Source: Dendrobates tinctorius (Eukaryota). From it: a DNA stretch of 64,000 nucleotides. A model generated the notes under the pieces. The model did no database searches and was not told where the DNA came from. It was given only the letters and a program-made list of their open reading frames with translations. Below, piece after piece: positions 14,601-25,165 of the stretch; within the stretch, counting starts at the first letter, position 1; each line of letters starts with the position of its first letter. The position numbers and the translations under genes are program-made. The stretch is from assembly GCF_039654945.1 (NCBI RefSeq), contig NW_027361840.1:8494001-8558000 (forward strand), read 5' to 3'.

Positions 14601-16760
14601 TAGGTCTTCAGAGCAAGTTCCTGACACTACGCCCCCCAAAAAATTGTTCGTTCCGGCTAACCTTCGTCTGCAGGTTCTAAAAGAATCGCACGACTCTGTC
14701 CTAGCAGGCCATCCGGGTCTCAATAATACCACCAGGTTGGTAACTAGGAACTTTTGGTGGCCGACGGTGGTCAAGGACTGTAAGGACTATGTTTCAGCGT
14801 GTGAAGTCTGTGCCCGCGTCAAGTCCCTCCATAGTCGCCCTGCCGGCTGGCTTCAGTCCTTGCCCAACCCTGAGAGTCCATGGACCCACATCTCCATGGA
14901 TTTCATTACAGACCTGCCGCCATCCGATGGGAAAACTTGTATCTGGGTGGTGGTAGACAAGTTCAGCAAGCAGGGCCATTTTATTCCCCTGTCTGGGTTG
15001 CCTAACTCTGAGACTTTAAGTAAGTTGTTTATCCTGCACATTGTACGTCTGCACGGCGTTCCGGCAAATATTGTGTCCGACAGGGGTACCCAGTTTGTCT
15101 CGAAGTTCTGGAGGGCATTCTGTAGACGCATTGGTGTGGAGTTGTCCTTCTCTTCGGCATACCATCCCGAAACTAATGGTCAAACTGAGCGTACTAACCA
15201 AGCTCTGGAACAATACCTCCGCTGTTATGTGTCAGGACATCAGACCGATTGGGTGGAACATCTGCCATTGGCTGAGTTCGCCCTCAATAATCGATATCAA
15301 GACTCCATTAAAACTACCCCTTTCTTTTGTAACCTTGGACTACATCCACGCTTTGGGTCGTTTTCGGCCAGGATGTCGGAGCTCCCTGGGGTTGAGCAAA
15401 ATATACATCGGCTAAAAACGATTTGGTCTGAGGTTAATTCAAATTTGAAAGGGGCTCAGGTTAGACAGGCTTCAGCTGCAAATAGACGACGATCTAAGGG
15501 GCCGCACCTGGGAGTTGGCGACAAGGTTTGGCTCTCTACAAAAAATATCAAGCTTAAGGTACCGTCCGCCAAACTAGGTCCCAGGTTCATCGGCCCATAC
15601 GAAATTATCGAGGTGGTTAACCCAGTAGCCTTCTGCTTAAAACTTCCACAGTCATTCAAATTGCCTAACGTTTTCCACAGGTCTCTCCTCAAACCTTATC
15701 GTTCTCCCATTCACCCTGTTCAGTCCCCTCCTCCTCCTGTTTCGGTCGGGGGAGCTCTGGAGTATGAAGTCCAGGGTATCCTTGACTCCCGCCTTGTGAG
15801 GGGCTCAGTACAGTATCTGGTACACTGGAAGGGCTACGGCCCAGAAGAAAGGTCCTGGGTTCCTGCGGGGAACGTCCATGCCAAGGCATTAATTAGGAGA
15901 TTTCATCTTCTTCACCCTGACAAACCGGGTTTTGAGGGTCCGGAGGCCCCTCCTGGAGAGGGGGGTACTGTCACGTCGCCGTCAGACTCGGGGCCTGCTG
16001 TTCCGCCCTCAGCCACTAGGAGGCAACGGACTGTCACGCCACCCTCGGGCTCAGGGCCTGCTGTTCAGGCCTCGGCTACCAGGAGGCGCCGGACTGACAT
16101 GTCATCGTCGAATTCAGGGCCTGCTGTTCCGCCTTCAGCCACTAGGAGGCGCCGTGGCTCGCGCCCGAGTAATGGCGGCAACAGTGAAAGGGCTTCTGCG
16201 CAGGCGTCTAGTGGACACAGACTCCGCTCCTCTGTCAGTCATGAAGGGGTTGGTGCATCGTCATCAGGTCTGGTCCTGGGGGCGGTCCTGATTACATCAT
16301 CAGCCCGGGAGCCTGTGAGGGATGATCTGATCCCTCAAATACCTTTGGACTGGGCTTGCAAGCCGCCGGATATATTCTTGGTTCCCCTGCGTGTTACTGT
16401 GTGAATTGCTGTTGACTGACTCTGACTTTTGCCTGGATTCTGACTCTGCTTCTGCCTAACGATTCTGTACCTCTGCGACTCTCCTGGTTTATGACTCTGG
16501 CTTCTGCCTGGAAACTGACTCTGCTACTGTCTACTGTTTTTGTACCGTTGCTGCCTGACTGGTTTAGTCTCGGATATCATTGCCTCTGTGTCCTGTATTG
16601 GAACACCTTTCTGGCGACCGTCCTGCTCTGGTCATTGCTCCTATTCAGACAGCGCCTCCTGGGCTCTGCTATAAATCCAGATCCCTGTATAGGGGTAAAG
16701 GGTATCAGTGTTTCTCGGGGTGCTGTCTGGCTGCAGTCCAGACCGCAGGCAGACGTCACA
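11626..16760 (+). mobile_element. Gypsy (Tf1/sushi-type chromovirus) LTR retrotransposon, two LTRs, gag missing
   Basis: LTRs at 11626-12430 and 15969-16760 (TG..CA). Perfect 5-bp TSD ATCAT at 11621-25 and 16761-65. PPT GGAGAGGGGGG precedes the 3' LTR. Confidence 0.97.
12622..16404 (+). CDS. pol: Gypsy Pol polyprotein PR-RT-RNaseH-IN-chromodomain, uninterrupted, reading into the 3' LTR
   Basis: Motifs: VDCGAAGN (protease), YLDD (RT), VDAS..GAVL and TDHKNL (RNase H), HHCC plus D,D,E and GPY (integrase), YEVQGILDSR..YLVHWKGYGPEERSW (chromodomain). First in-frame ATG is at 12622. Confidence 0.93.
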   Translation: MLAVGNPHSWIIAPWTALGGQVLPAKAAKLLLPVSLSFAKKRLCVKAYVDCGAAGNLMDFLFAKSLGVPLLRLKAPIQTITINGTSIDQGGVEFITDDISMSVGTLHNEQMSFFVIHNLSDPVVLGMPWLHQHNPVIDWRIGDVVRWSPRCQNHCMSLSVNQVKIKNPSIPYAFGDYEDVFSIVESEKLPPHREYDCPIDLVPGARLPKGRIFNLSGPERVAMNDYIADSLRKGFIRPSTSPVGAGFFFVEKKDGGLRPCIDYRELNAITVKNQYSLPLIPDLFNQLLGARWFTKLDLRGAYNLVRIRSGDEWKTAFNTPLGHFEYLVMPFGLSNAPAVFQHFVNDIFRDICGVYVVVYLDDILIYSADPVIHAQHVRSVLQRLRKNSLFAKLEKCVFFAEEVQFLGYMVSGKGFRMDPAKIQPIKDWVQPKSLKALQRFLGFANYYRKFIRGFSEIAKPLTDLTRKGADVTNWNPEATRAFSTLKECFVANPVLIQPNLDHPFIVEVDASEVGVGAVLSQGTASLTQLRPCAFFSRKFSATERNYDVGNRELLAIKWAFEEWRHFLEGAKHKVTVITDHKNLTYLESAKRLNPRQARWALFFSRFDFIITFRPGTKNVRADALSRSFCPTQTEDCEPVPILANGIVVSAVSLDLLEEIRRSSEQVPDTTPPKKLFVPANLRLQVLKESHDSVLAGHPGLNNTTRLVTRNFWWPTVVKDCKDYVSACEVCARVKSLHSRPAGWLQSLPNPESPWTHISMDFITDLPPSDGKTCIWVVVDKFSKQGHFIPLSGLPNSETLSKLFILHIVRLHGVPANIVSDRGTQFVSKFWRAFCRRIGVELSFSSAYHPETNGQTERTNQALEQYLRCYVSGHQTDWVEHLPLAEFALNNRYQDSIKTTPFFCNLGLHPRFGSFSARMSELPGVEQNIHRLKTIWSEVNSNLKGAQVRQASAANRRRSKGPHLGVGDKVWLSTKNIKLKVPSAKLGPRFIGPYEIIEVVNPVAFCLKLPQSFKLPNVFHRSLLKPYRSPIHPVQSPPPPVSVGGALEYEVQGILDSRLVRGSVQYLVHWKGYGPEERSWVPAGNVHAKALIRRFHLLHPDKPGFEGPEAPPGEGGTVTSPSDSGPAVPPSATRRQRTVTPPSGSGPAVQASATRRRRTDMSSSNSGPAVPPSATRRRRGSRPSNGGNSERASAQASSGHRLRSSVSHEGVGASSSGLVLGAVLITSSAREPVRDDLIPQIPLDWACKPPDIFLVPLRVTV

Positions 16761-18735
16761 ATCATATTTTATCACACAGAACAGATCAGATGTTGTGCGT
16801 TGGACATTTTTGCTTTTTGGCGCTGACATGTCTCATGGCCCAGGTACAATGGTGGACACCATCTGGGTAGAACTGTTCTGAGATTTGTCACTGCAAACAA
16901 TTTCTAAATTAGGTTATTTTTTTCAAATGAAATGTAAAAATGTTCAACTTCTGATCTCTTCTATTATTATTATTATTTATTTATATAGCACCATTGATTC
17001 CATGGTGCTGTACATGAGAATGGGTTTCATACAAATATTTGTATTCTATGCTCTTTATGATAACATACGGCAATCAGAGATTTCAAGATCATTGCTTTCT
17101 GGTTTTCTTTACATTTTATAGCTGCACAACTTTTTTGGAATTATGTTGCACATTAAAATGGAAAACTTATTTATCATCCGAAATGAAAGGAATGAATAGA
17201 ACATTTATCATCAATTTTCTATACTTTTCAATTTTGATTTCATCACTCCACAAAGAACTCAGTTCATGTTGTATTGGGTCTCTAATAAAGATGTTTAAAT
17301 ACAGTATATATTAACATGATACAACAAATCAATGAAAACCCTCCGAAAGAAAAAGGCATCAATGTAACATTAAATTCATGATGTCACAAGAATGATTACT
17401 TATTTCCAAGAAAAATCACAAGGTAATGTGCGTTCAATGGGTCATATTATGCGCCCATGGCGGTGCCCTGAATTTTTACATTGAGGATCAAATTAATGCT
17501 GACTAGACTGTAATTCTCCTAAGAAACATTGGTACGTCTTTCTATAAAGAGTGGCAAATTATGGTTGAAAACCAGAAGAAAACATCTAATATTAACAAAT
17601 GAAATAGCTATGTGATGTAATAGAAGTATAATCAGTATAAAGCCATCATGTGGAAAAGCAGAGTGGTTATGCCAGATAGGAGTTGAGATTTACCTTTCCA
17701 TAAACTAAAAATCGCTGAATAGAATCTTGGACAAAACAAGAACTTTGTGGATTTTTTAAGGAGAAAATGTGATCCCAAAATGTAATATAAAATACTGATA
17801 GTGATGCAGATGCTTCTGCTAATTTGCTGCCTCCATGGTTTGTTGCTCTCATTGTTCCATGTAACATCTAGAAACTTGGTGGCATCTGTGTTTGTGCATG
17901 AGGAGCTGCCACCCTGATGCACTCATATCCACCATCCCTGATACTGTGCTATCAGTCATGAGCAATTTATGTCCTCATTCCTCACATTGTCAGAGTCACT
18001 TCTGTCATTTCCGCCCCACGTTGTTTGCTCAGTGTCTGGGTGTGATGCTCTGGCCTCACCTGTTGTTTTTCAGCTCGGTAATCCGTCTCTCATGATGCGT
18101 CTCAGATCCCTCGTCTTTCCTTGTGCAAGGAACAAAACATGGGAGCTTCTCCTCCTGGCTTCAGACATAGTGACGGCGAGCCCAAAGAGACTGAATGGCT
18201 TCAGAGTGCCCAGACAGCCTTGTAATTAAGATGACGGCAGAAGTTATATTACAGGTGTATTAAAGGCTTGGCGAGGACAATACAGGGCATAAAACATACA
18301 AATCCCATACAAATCACAAGGCCAACCACCTATGGGTTGGGACACGGTGGGAGAAGCAGCCAAGTCTGGGAGAGCAAATCTACCCTCTACAGACCGTCGA
18401 GTTCCCAAGAAGTCAGGATTGACCCTTGGAGACCTAAGACTTCTAGCACAATGCTCTGTGAGCGAAACATCCCCAACTATAGACTGAAACATTGTAACAA
18501 ACGAGCAGATGATGTGTGCAGACCTCAGAGCACTTCATGGACTGGATACATTGTATCTAGGAGATTCTGCTGCAGCTTCTGAATAGAGGCATATTGATCA
18601 TTTACTAACAGCAAGCAGAGATACTGAAAATGTGAAGGAATTAAAACAGAAAGAAGATTTGCAAAGACTTTGTGTTTGTGCGAGCACATCATTTTGCCTT
18701 AAATTTTGAAACTGATTCTTTACAAAAGCCTGTCT

Positions 18736-20428
18736 CATAGAATCCTAGAATGGTAGAGCTGGAAGGGACCTCCTGGGCCATCTGGTCCAACCCCCTGCTC
18801 AAAGCAGGATTTGCTAAATCATCCCAGTCAGATGTCTGTCCAGCCTCTGTTTGAACACTTCTATTGAAGGAGAACTCACCACCTCTCGTGGCAGCCTGTT
18901 CCACTCATTGATCACTCTGTCAAATAGATTTTTCTAATATCTAATCTGTGTCTCCTCCCATTCAGTTTCATCCCATTGCTTCTAGTCTTTCCTTGTGCAA
19001 ATGAGAATAAAAATGATCCTTCTACAATGTGACAGCCCTTGAGATATTTGTAGACAGCTATTAAGTCTCCTCTCAGTCTTCTCTTCTGCAAGCTAAACAT
19101 TCCCAAATTCTGCAACCTTTCCTCATAAGACAGGGTTTGCAGACCTGTCACCATTCTGGTCGCTCTTTTCTGAACTTGCTCCAGTTTGTTGATGTCTTTT
19201 TTAAAATGTGGCGCCCAGAACTGGACACAATATTCCAGATGAGGTCTCACCAAAGAGGAGTAGAGGGAAATAATGACTTCACGTGATCTAGACTGTATGC
19301 TTCTGTTAATACATCCTAGAATTGCATTTGCCTTTTTTGCTGCTGCATCACACTGTTGACTCATATTCAGTCTGTGATCTATTACTATACCCAAGTCTTT
19401 TTCATATGTGCTGTTGCTTAGCCCTATTCCTCCCATTCTATATATGCCTTTTTCATTTTTATTGCCCAGATGTAGTACTTTGCATTTTTCCCTGTTAAAA
19501 ACCATTCTGTTAGTTGCTGCCCACTGCTCCAGTTTATTTATATCTTTTTGAATCCTCTCTCTCTCTTCTCTAGTATTAGCTATCCCTCCTAACTTTGTGT
19601 CATCAGCAAATTTAATCAGTTTACCCTCAATTCCTTCATCTAAATCGTTGATAAAGATGTTGAACAATACAGGGCCCAGGACAGAGCCCTGTGGTACAAC
19701 ACTTGAGACATTCTTCCAACTGGATGTGCAGCCATTTACGACCACTCTTTGGGTCCGATCACTAAGCCAGTTATGAATCCACCTAACAGTTGCCTTGTCC
19801 ATTCTATACTTAGCCATTTTTTCAATAAGGATTGTGTGAGATACTTTGTCAAATGCTTTGCTGAAGTCAAGATATACTATATCTACAGCATTTCCTTGAT
19901 CCACCCAATCAGTGATTCCGTAATAGAAGGAAATTAAGTTAGTCTGACATGACTTATTAGTTACAAACCCATGCTGACTCTGTTTAATCACTTCATTCTT
20001 ATCCAGGTATTGACATACATGTTGTTTAATAATTTGTTCAAAGATCCTTCCTGGTATAGAAGTCAGACTCACCAGCCTATAGTTGCCTGGGTCCACCTTC
20101 TTCCCCTTTTTGAAGATAGGAAGAACATTTGCTCTTCTCCAGTCTTCTGGGACTTCTCCTGTTCTCCAAGAATTTTCAAAGATTATGGAGAGGGGTTCAA
20201 AAATGTCTTCTGCTATCTCCTTCAGTACTCTGGGGAGTAATTCATCTGGACCTGGAGACTTGAATTCATTTAGGTTAGCTAAGTGTTTCCTCACCATCTT
20301 TCTGTTTATAGATATCCTGGATTCTTCTATTCCCTTAATAGGATAGTGAGGATCAGTTGATGTTACATTTTGTTTCTGAGAGAAAACAGATGCAAAATAG
20401 GAATTTAAAAGTTCGGCCTTCTCAACAT
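18736..20428 (-). mobile_element. CR1 LINE, 5'-truncated ORF2 RT portion
   Basis: Motifs KSPGPD, GNYRLVSLTS, YLDFSKAFDKV, PQGSVLGP, FADD, VRPHLEYCVQFW. The 3' end has the CR1-type ATTCTAGG/ATTCTATG tail. Candidate TSD CCTGTCT at 18729-35 and 20429-35. Frameshift near 18910. Confidence 0.95.
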
Positions 20429-21212
20429 CCTGTCTTACCATTAATTCTGCCCTAAAAGTCCGCGTTTGTGAAAGGTCTCGTGCATGTTCTCCATTAGTGC
20501 AGCCATATTCCCTCCTTTGAAAACGGTGTCGGAGCGCACATCTCTGCCTTCCTCTGTTGCGGTACAGATTAGACTTTTTTTTCGTTTGCACATTTTAAAA
20601 AGCCCAATTCCATGTGTCTGTCTGTATCTATGCAGCAGACGAGCTTCTTCATCACCCCAGGATTACAGCGATGTCTATGGCACAAAGGGTGAAACAGATG
20701 ATTAGCTGGCAAAGCGTAAAGAGCAGCAAAACATTAATGAATGTGGGAGAAAGTTTATTAGAAAGGTGCAGCAGAGCTTCCATCTGATGGCTGCGGCCTG
20801 TGCAGACTAATATCCATGCTAATTAGGGGTAATGCTCGGAGGAGCTCGGCTCCCCCAGACACGTGTAGTCAGAAAGCTCCGTGGGTTTGGAGCATCGTGT
20901 CCTCAGTAATTACACAAACAGTGAGAAGGGTGGAGAGGAGCTGACATCAGCATCCCACAAAATGCCCCGAACCTGCGAGAACACACGACGCTTCATTAGA
21001 AGAAACCATTAGTATAATAATAATATCTGGAGCAGAGGGTGGAGGCGTCTCCTCCACTGCCCGGGGCTCCCCAACACCTGCTCCAAACACAACACCGCCA
21101 TCATCACTGTCTGCTGCTATTAGGTGCAATTATAGGGATTCATTACCTCTATGATACAAGATAAAGATGTATTCTGTGACATGGGAGAGAAAGGAAGGAA
21201 GGAGAAAAGAGA

Positions 21213-21270
21213 CAGATAGAGAGATAGATAGATAGATAATAGATAGATAATATATAAGATAATAGATAGA
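21213..21270. repeat. (GATA)n microsatellite; further copies at about 21929-22010 and 22196-22231
   Basis: Direct inspection. Confidence 0.85.
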
Positions 21271-21332
21271 GCTGACTCCTGGCAGTGAGGATATTACATG
21301 CTGTTTGGCTACAGGGCTTCATTTTGAGATGA

Positions 21333-21683
21333 AAGTCTGCATTGACTCTAGGTGACTATGTGACCGCAGCCTTCTGAATCCTCACAGTGCGTGCCCTGCA
21401 CACTTTTAGGATTCTCCCTTGCCAGTGATAAGAATACACGGTCATGTCAGCACAAGCATGTGATTTATATACTTCTGGCCACATTCCGACTAGACGTGCC
21501 CGGCCTCGCTTCGTTCATTATCATTGAGTGAGGCCACACATGTCTAGTCAGCATGTGACCGCATGTATGTAAATTACCGGCACGAGAGAATCCTGACAGT
21601 GTGCAGTGAGCACTGAGAATTCAGAAGTCTGCAGTCACATAGAATGTCTGCAGACTCAGCACAAACCTGGAGACCCCCTGTAA
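21333..21683. mobile_element. Foldback MITE remnant, probably T2/Kolobok-like
   Basis: Long imperfect palindrome centred near 21515 (e.g. TATGTGACCGCAGCCTTCTGAAT / ATTCAGAAGTCTGCAGTCACATA). Confidence 0.6.
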
Positions 21684-22195
21684 TGCTCCTAACAAATAAA
21701 AACATGAGAATTAGTCAGTATCACAAAAAAAATTGCATACAGGTACCTTATAGATGACGTCGTCTCTGGAGTCTGAACCCCGCTAGGAAAAGGACTGTGT
21801 TTTCTTTTTGTTTTGCTGTTTTGGCCCAGAGTTTATGCTGCCTTCAATAAACCAAGCACATTCTTAAAGAGACAGTGTTCCATTTATACCACTGTTTCCA
21901 GCCGAGTGAGCCGATCTACCACAATAAATAGATAGAGAATGAATAGATAGATAGATAGCTAAATACATAGATAGATAATAGACAGACAGATAGATAGATA
22001 GAGATAGATAATACAAAGAATCATGCGCTAAGAACCTTCGCTTTTGTAAGTACATCTTGCTGAGGGACAGAGCGTTTGGAAGTTGTAATTTCCAATGACA
22101 TCATATGTCTTGGCATTCACAGGGTGCTGCTGTGTTTTTTTTCATATATGTTTTGCACCTATTCACACTTGGAAGGTGCTGGTCAGGTTTTTTTG

Positions 22196-22232
<37 letters not shown>

Positions 22233-23164
22233 TAGATTCTCCGGAGATGATAAGAACAGGATCTTCTCAGTAATTCCAGTTACCATCCGGATCTAGTGAA
22301 AGTTCTGATGACTGATGACAGTGAGATCCCGGAGAGTCACTGACACTACAACGTGCGAGCGGCGTCCAGACTGGTGAATACCGGCTGCAGCTAGCCACAG
22401 CGCCTCTGAACTGTTAGATACACTTGTCAGCACAATGTACCACATGTGGAAGGATTAGATACAGACGCTCAGCTGACAGCATCACACATGATATGTTTAG
22501 ATACGCAGCTCTACAGCAGGGGCGTACATTGAAATCATGGGGTCCCATAGCAAAGTCCTGATTGGGCCCCCACAGAAAAAAAAATATTGGGTGGGGCCAC
22601 AGAAAAGCATATTTCACAACTTTGCAGCTTTTACAAAGTAATTTTACCTCTGTTGATGCCCCTCAGTGTTCCTACACATTAAGATTCCCTTTTATTGCCC
22701 CATAAAGAATGATGCCAGCAAATCTGCCCCAAACACAGTATGATACCCCACAGTACCCCTCTCCTCAAAATTTTTATACTCCTAAATTACCACACACAGT
22801 ATAATGGATCCACTATAGCCCTCCAAATAATATAATGGGCCCCACATAGCCCTCCATGCAGAACAATGGGCCCCACATAGCCCTCCATGCAGAACAATGG
22901 GCCCCACATAGCCCTCCATACAGAACAATGGGCCCCACATAGCCCTCCATACAGAATAATGGGCCCTACATAGCCCTCCAAACAGTATAATGGGACCCAC
23001 ATAGCTCTCAATACAGTATAATGGGCCCTACATAGCCCTCCATACAGAATAATGGGCCCCACGTAGCCCTCCATACAGAATAATGGGCCCCACGTAGCCC
23101 TCCATACAGAATAATGGGCGCCACGTAGCCCTCCATACAGAACAATGGGCCCCACATAGCCCTC

Positions 23165-24771
23165 TGTTATGAATGAGTCACCGGAGGAGGAAAAAACAAA
23201 AATACAAGCTAAGTTGTTGTGAGTTCATTTTCCCCTTCGTCACTGAGGTCTGGTGAACTCCCTATTCTGGTAAAGGAAGGTAATGAGCCTGATTATCAGG
23301 CACCTGAGTCTAATGAGGATGACTGGCTGAGTGGAGTCACGGACTGGATATAAGGATGCCGACGCCCTTCTGCCCTGCGGGTGATTTCTCTGTGGACTTC
23401 TAGGACACCAGTCTGATTCCTGCTCCCCTAAAGCTAAGTTTTTTGCTTTGCCTGTTGCATTTGTATTTTGTTTTTGTTTTCCTTGCTTTTCTGGATTCTG
23501 CCATTCCCTGCTGGGGTGAGCTGAATCTCCTTTTGCCTGTTGCTCTGTCTTCAGAATATTCCTGAGTACTGACATAGCTTTTTGAAGCCTAGCGTCTTCA
23601 GGGCCTTTTTCACTGTCAGTCTGTTGGCTCTTATTTTCATAGGGTTTTTCACGGATTGCAGACAGCAGCATTCCTGTCCTTTCCTATGTAGTTAGCTTGG
23701 GCCCTGTCTTTGCTCAGTCTATCTTTCTATCTGTGTTAGTGTTTTCATCTTGCTTCACCGTCATTATATGTTGGGGGCTGCCTATTGCTTTGGGGTCTGC
23801 TCTGGGGCAGTTTAGATTTCCCCTTTCTTTAGGCCTATTTAATTCTCCGGCTGTGATCGAGGGGTCTAGGGCATCGTAGGAACCCCCCACGGCTACTGCT
23901 AGTTGTGTTGATAAGTTCAGGGGACTGCAATCCGATAGCTGCCAACTTCTCTGGTTTTCTGGACTTAGCTAGCATTTCTGTTTTTGCCTCCTACGGTGAC
24001 TCAATCATAACACTAAGTCCAGAAAACCGGTGAGGTTGGTAACTAGCAGATTGCAGACCCCTGATCCTATTCACAACAACTAACAGTAGCCGTGGGGTGT
24101 TCCTACGGTGGTCCTAGACACCTCGTTCACAGCCGGAGAACTAAATAAACCTAAAGAAAGAAAGGGGAAATCTAAACTGCCCCAGAGCAGACCCCAAAGC
24201 AATAGACAGCCCCCAACATGTATTGATGGTGAAAACACAAACACAGACAGAAAGACAGGCTGAGCAAATGATGGGGCCCTCACTAACTAGATAGGACAGG
24301 AAAGAAAAGCAACTGTCTGCAATCACGCAAAAACCCTGCCAAAATGAATGTCCAACACGTCTGATAGAAAAGGCCCTGAAGTCACTAGACTTCAAAATCA
24401 CTATATCAGCACTCAGGTATATTCTGAAAACAGAGCAAAGAGATCAACTGATCAGAGACAAAAAAAATGGCGTTCAGCCAGTCCCAACCAGGGCCGGCTG
24501 AACACAAACACTAAGTAAACCAGACAAAATCTCATGGGACAATAGCAGAGCAAAAACTTAGCTTTAGTAGACAGGACTAAACTGGAGGCCAGAGCTCAGA
24601 GCAGAGAGGATCACCAGCAACCCAGCAGGGCGACGGCGGCCTTATATCCAATCACACTCCACCTGTTCAGATGACAGGTTTTTCCCATCCAAATCAGTTT
24701 CACTACCTCCTTTCACCAGCAGAGAGAGTTCATCGGACATCAAAGGTGAAGGAGAAAATGAGCTCATAACA
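23165..24771 (-). mobile_element. Solo LTR (outer), interrupted by a related solo LTR
   Basis: TGTTATGA..TCATAACA termini; 6-bp TSD GCCCTC at 23159-64 and 24772-77. Confidence 0.85.
23215..24012 (+). mobile_element. Solo LTR (inner), same family, opposite orientation
   Basis: TGTTGTGAG..CATAACA termini; 6-bp TSD CTAAGT at 23209-14 and 24013-18; aligns in reverse to 24013-24771. Confidence 0.85.
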
Positions 24772-25165
24772 GCCCTCCATACAGAATAATGGGCCCCACA
24801 TAGCCCTCCATGCAGAACAATGGGCCCCACAAAGCCCTCCATACAAAATAATGGGCCCTACATAGCCCTCCATACAGTGTAATGGGGCCCACATAATCCT
24901 CCATACAGTATAATGGGAGCCACATAGCCCTCCATACAGTATAATGGGCCCACATAGCCCTCCATACAGTATAATGAGCCCACATAGCCCTCCATACAGT
25001 ATAATGGGCCCACATAGCCCTCCATACAGTATAATGGGCCAACATATTCATCCATATGGTATAATGGGTACCACATAGTCCTCCATACAGTATAATGGGT
25101 ACCACATAGCCCTCCATACAGTATAATGGGCCCCACATAGCCCTCCATACAGAATAATGGGCCCC

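Larger units (their letters stand above)
11547..17148. mobile_element. Short non-autonomous Tc1-like element split by the Gypsy insertion
   Basis: Left end TA|CAGCCCCAATTCCAAGAAAGTTG..TGTAAAATGTAAAG is an imperfect inverted match to CTTTACATTTTA..CAACTTTTTTGGAATTATGTTG at about 17108-17148. Confidence 0.6.

Noticed and set aside
14373-15889. Antisense ORFs within Gypsy pol (similar ones occur in CR1, DIRS and Tc1)
   Set aside because: They are shadow ORFs of the sense coding frames.
18060-18119. Minus-strand 60-bp exon-like segment with a CAG|GTGAG donor
   Set aside because: The AAG acceptor is weak, the segment is isolated, and the peptide is not recognised.
20429-20591. N-terminal ~50 aa of the 559-aa ORF as a host-CR1 fusion
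   Set aside because: This is chance open flank beyond the 5' truncation point; the ORF start is not an ATG and there is no supporting signal.
23165-24771. A novel single foldback element with two U3 ends
   Set aside because: It is fully explained as one solo LTR nested in another: the inner CTAAGT TSD is present, and 23165-23214 is the displaced end of the outer LTR.
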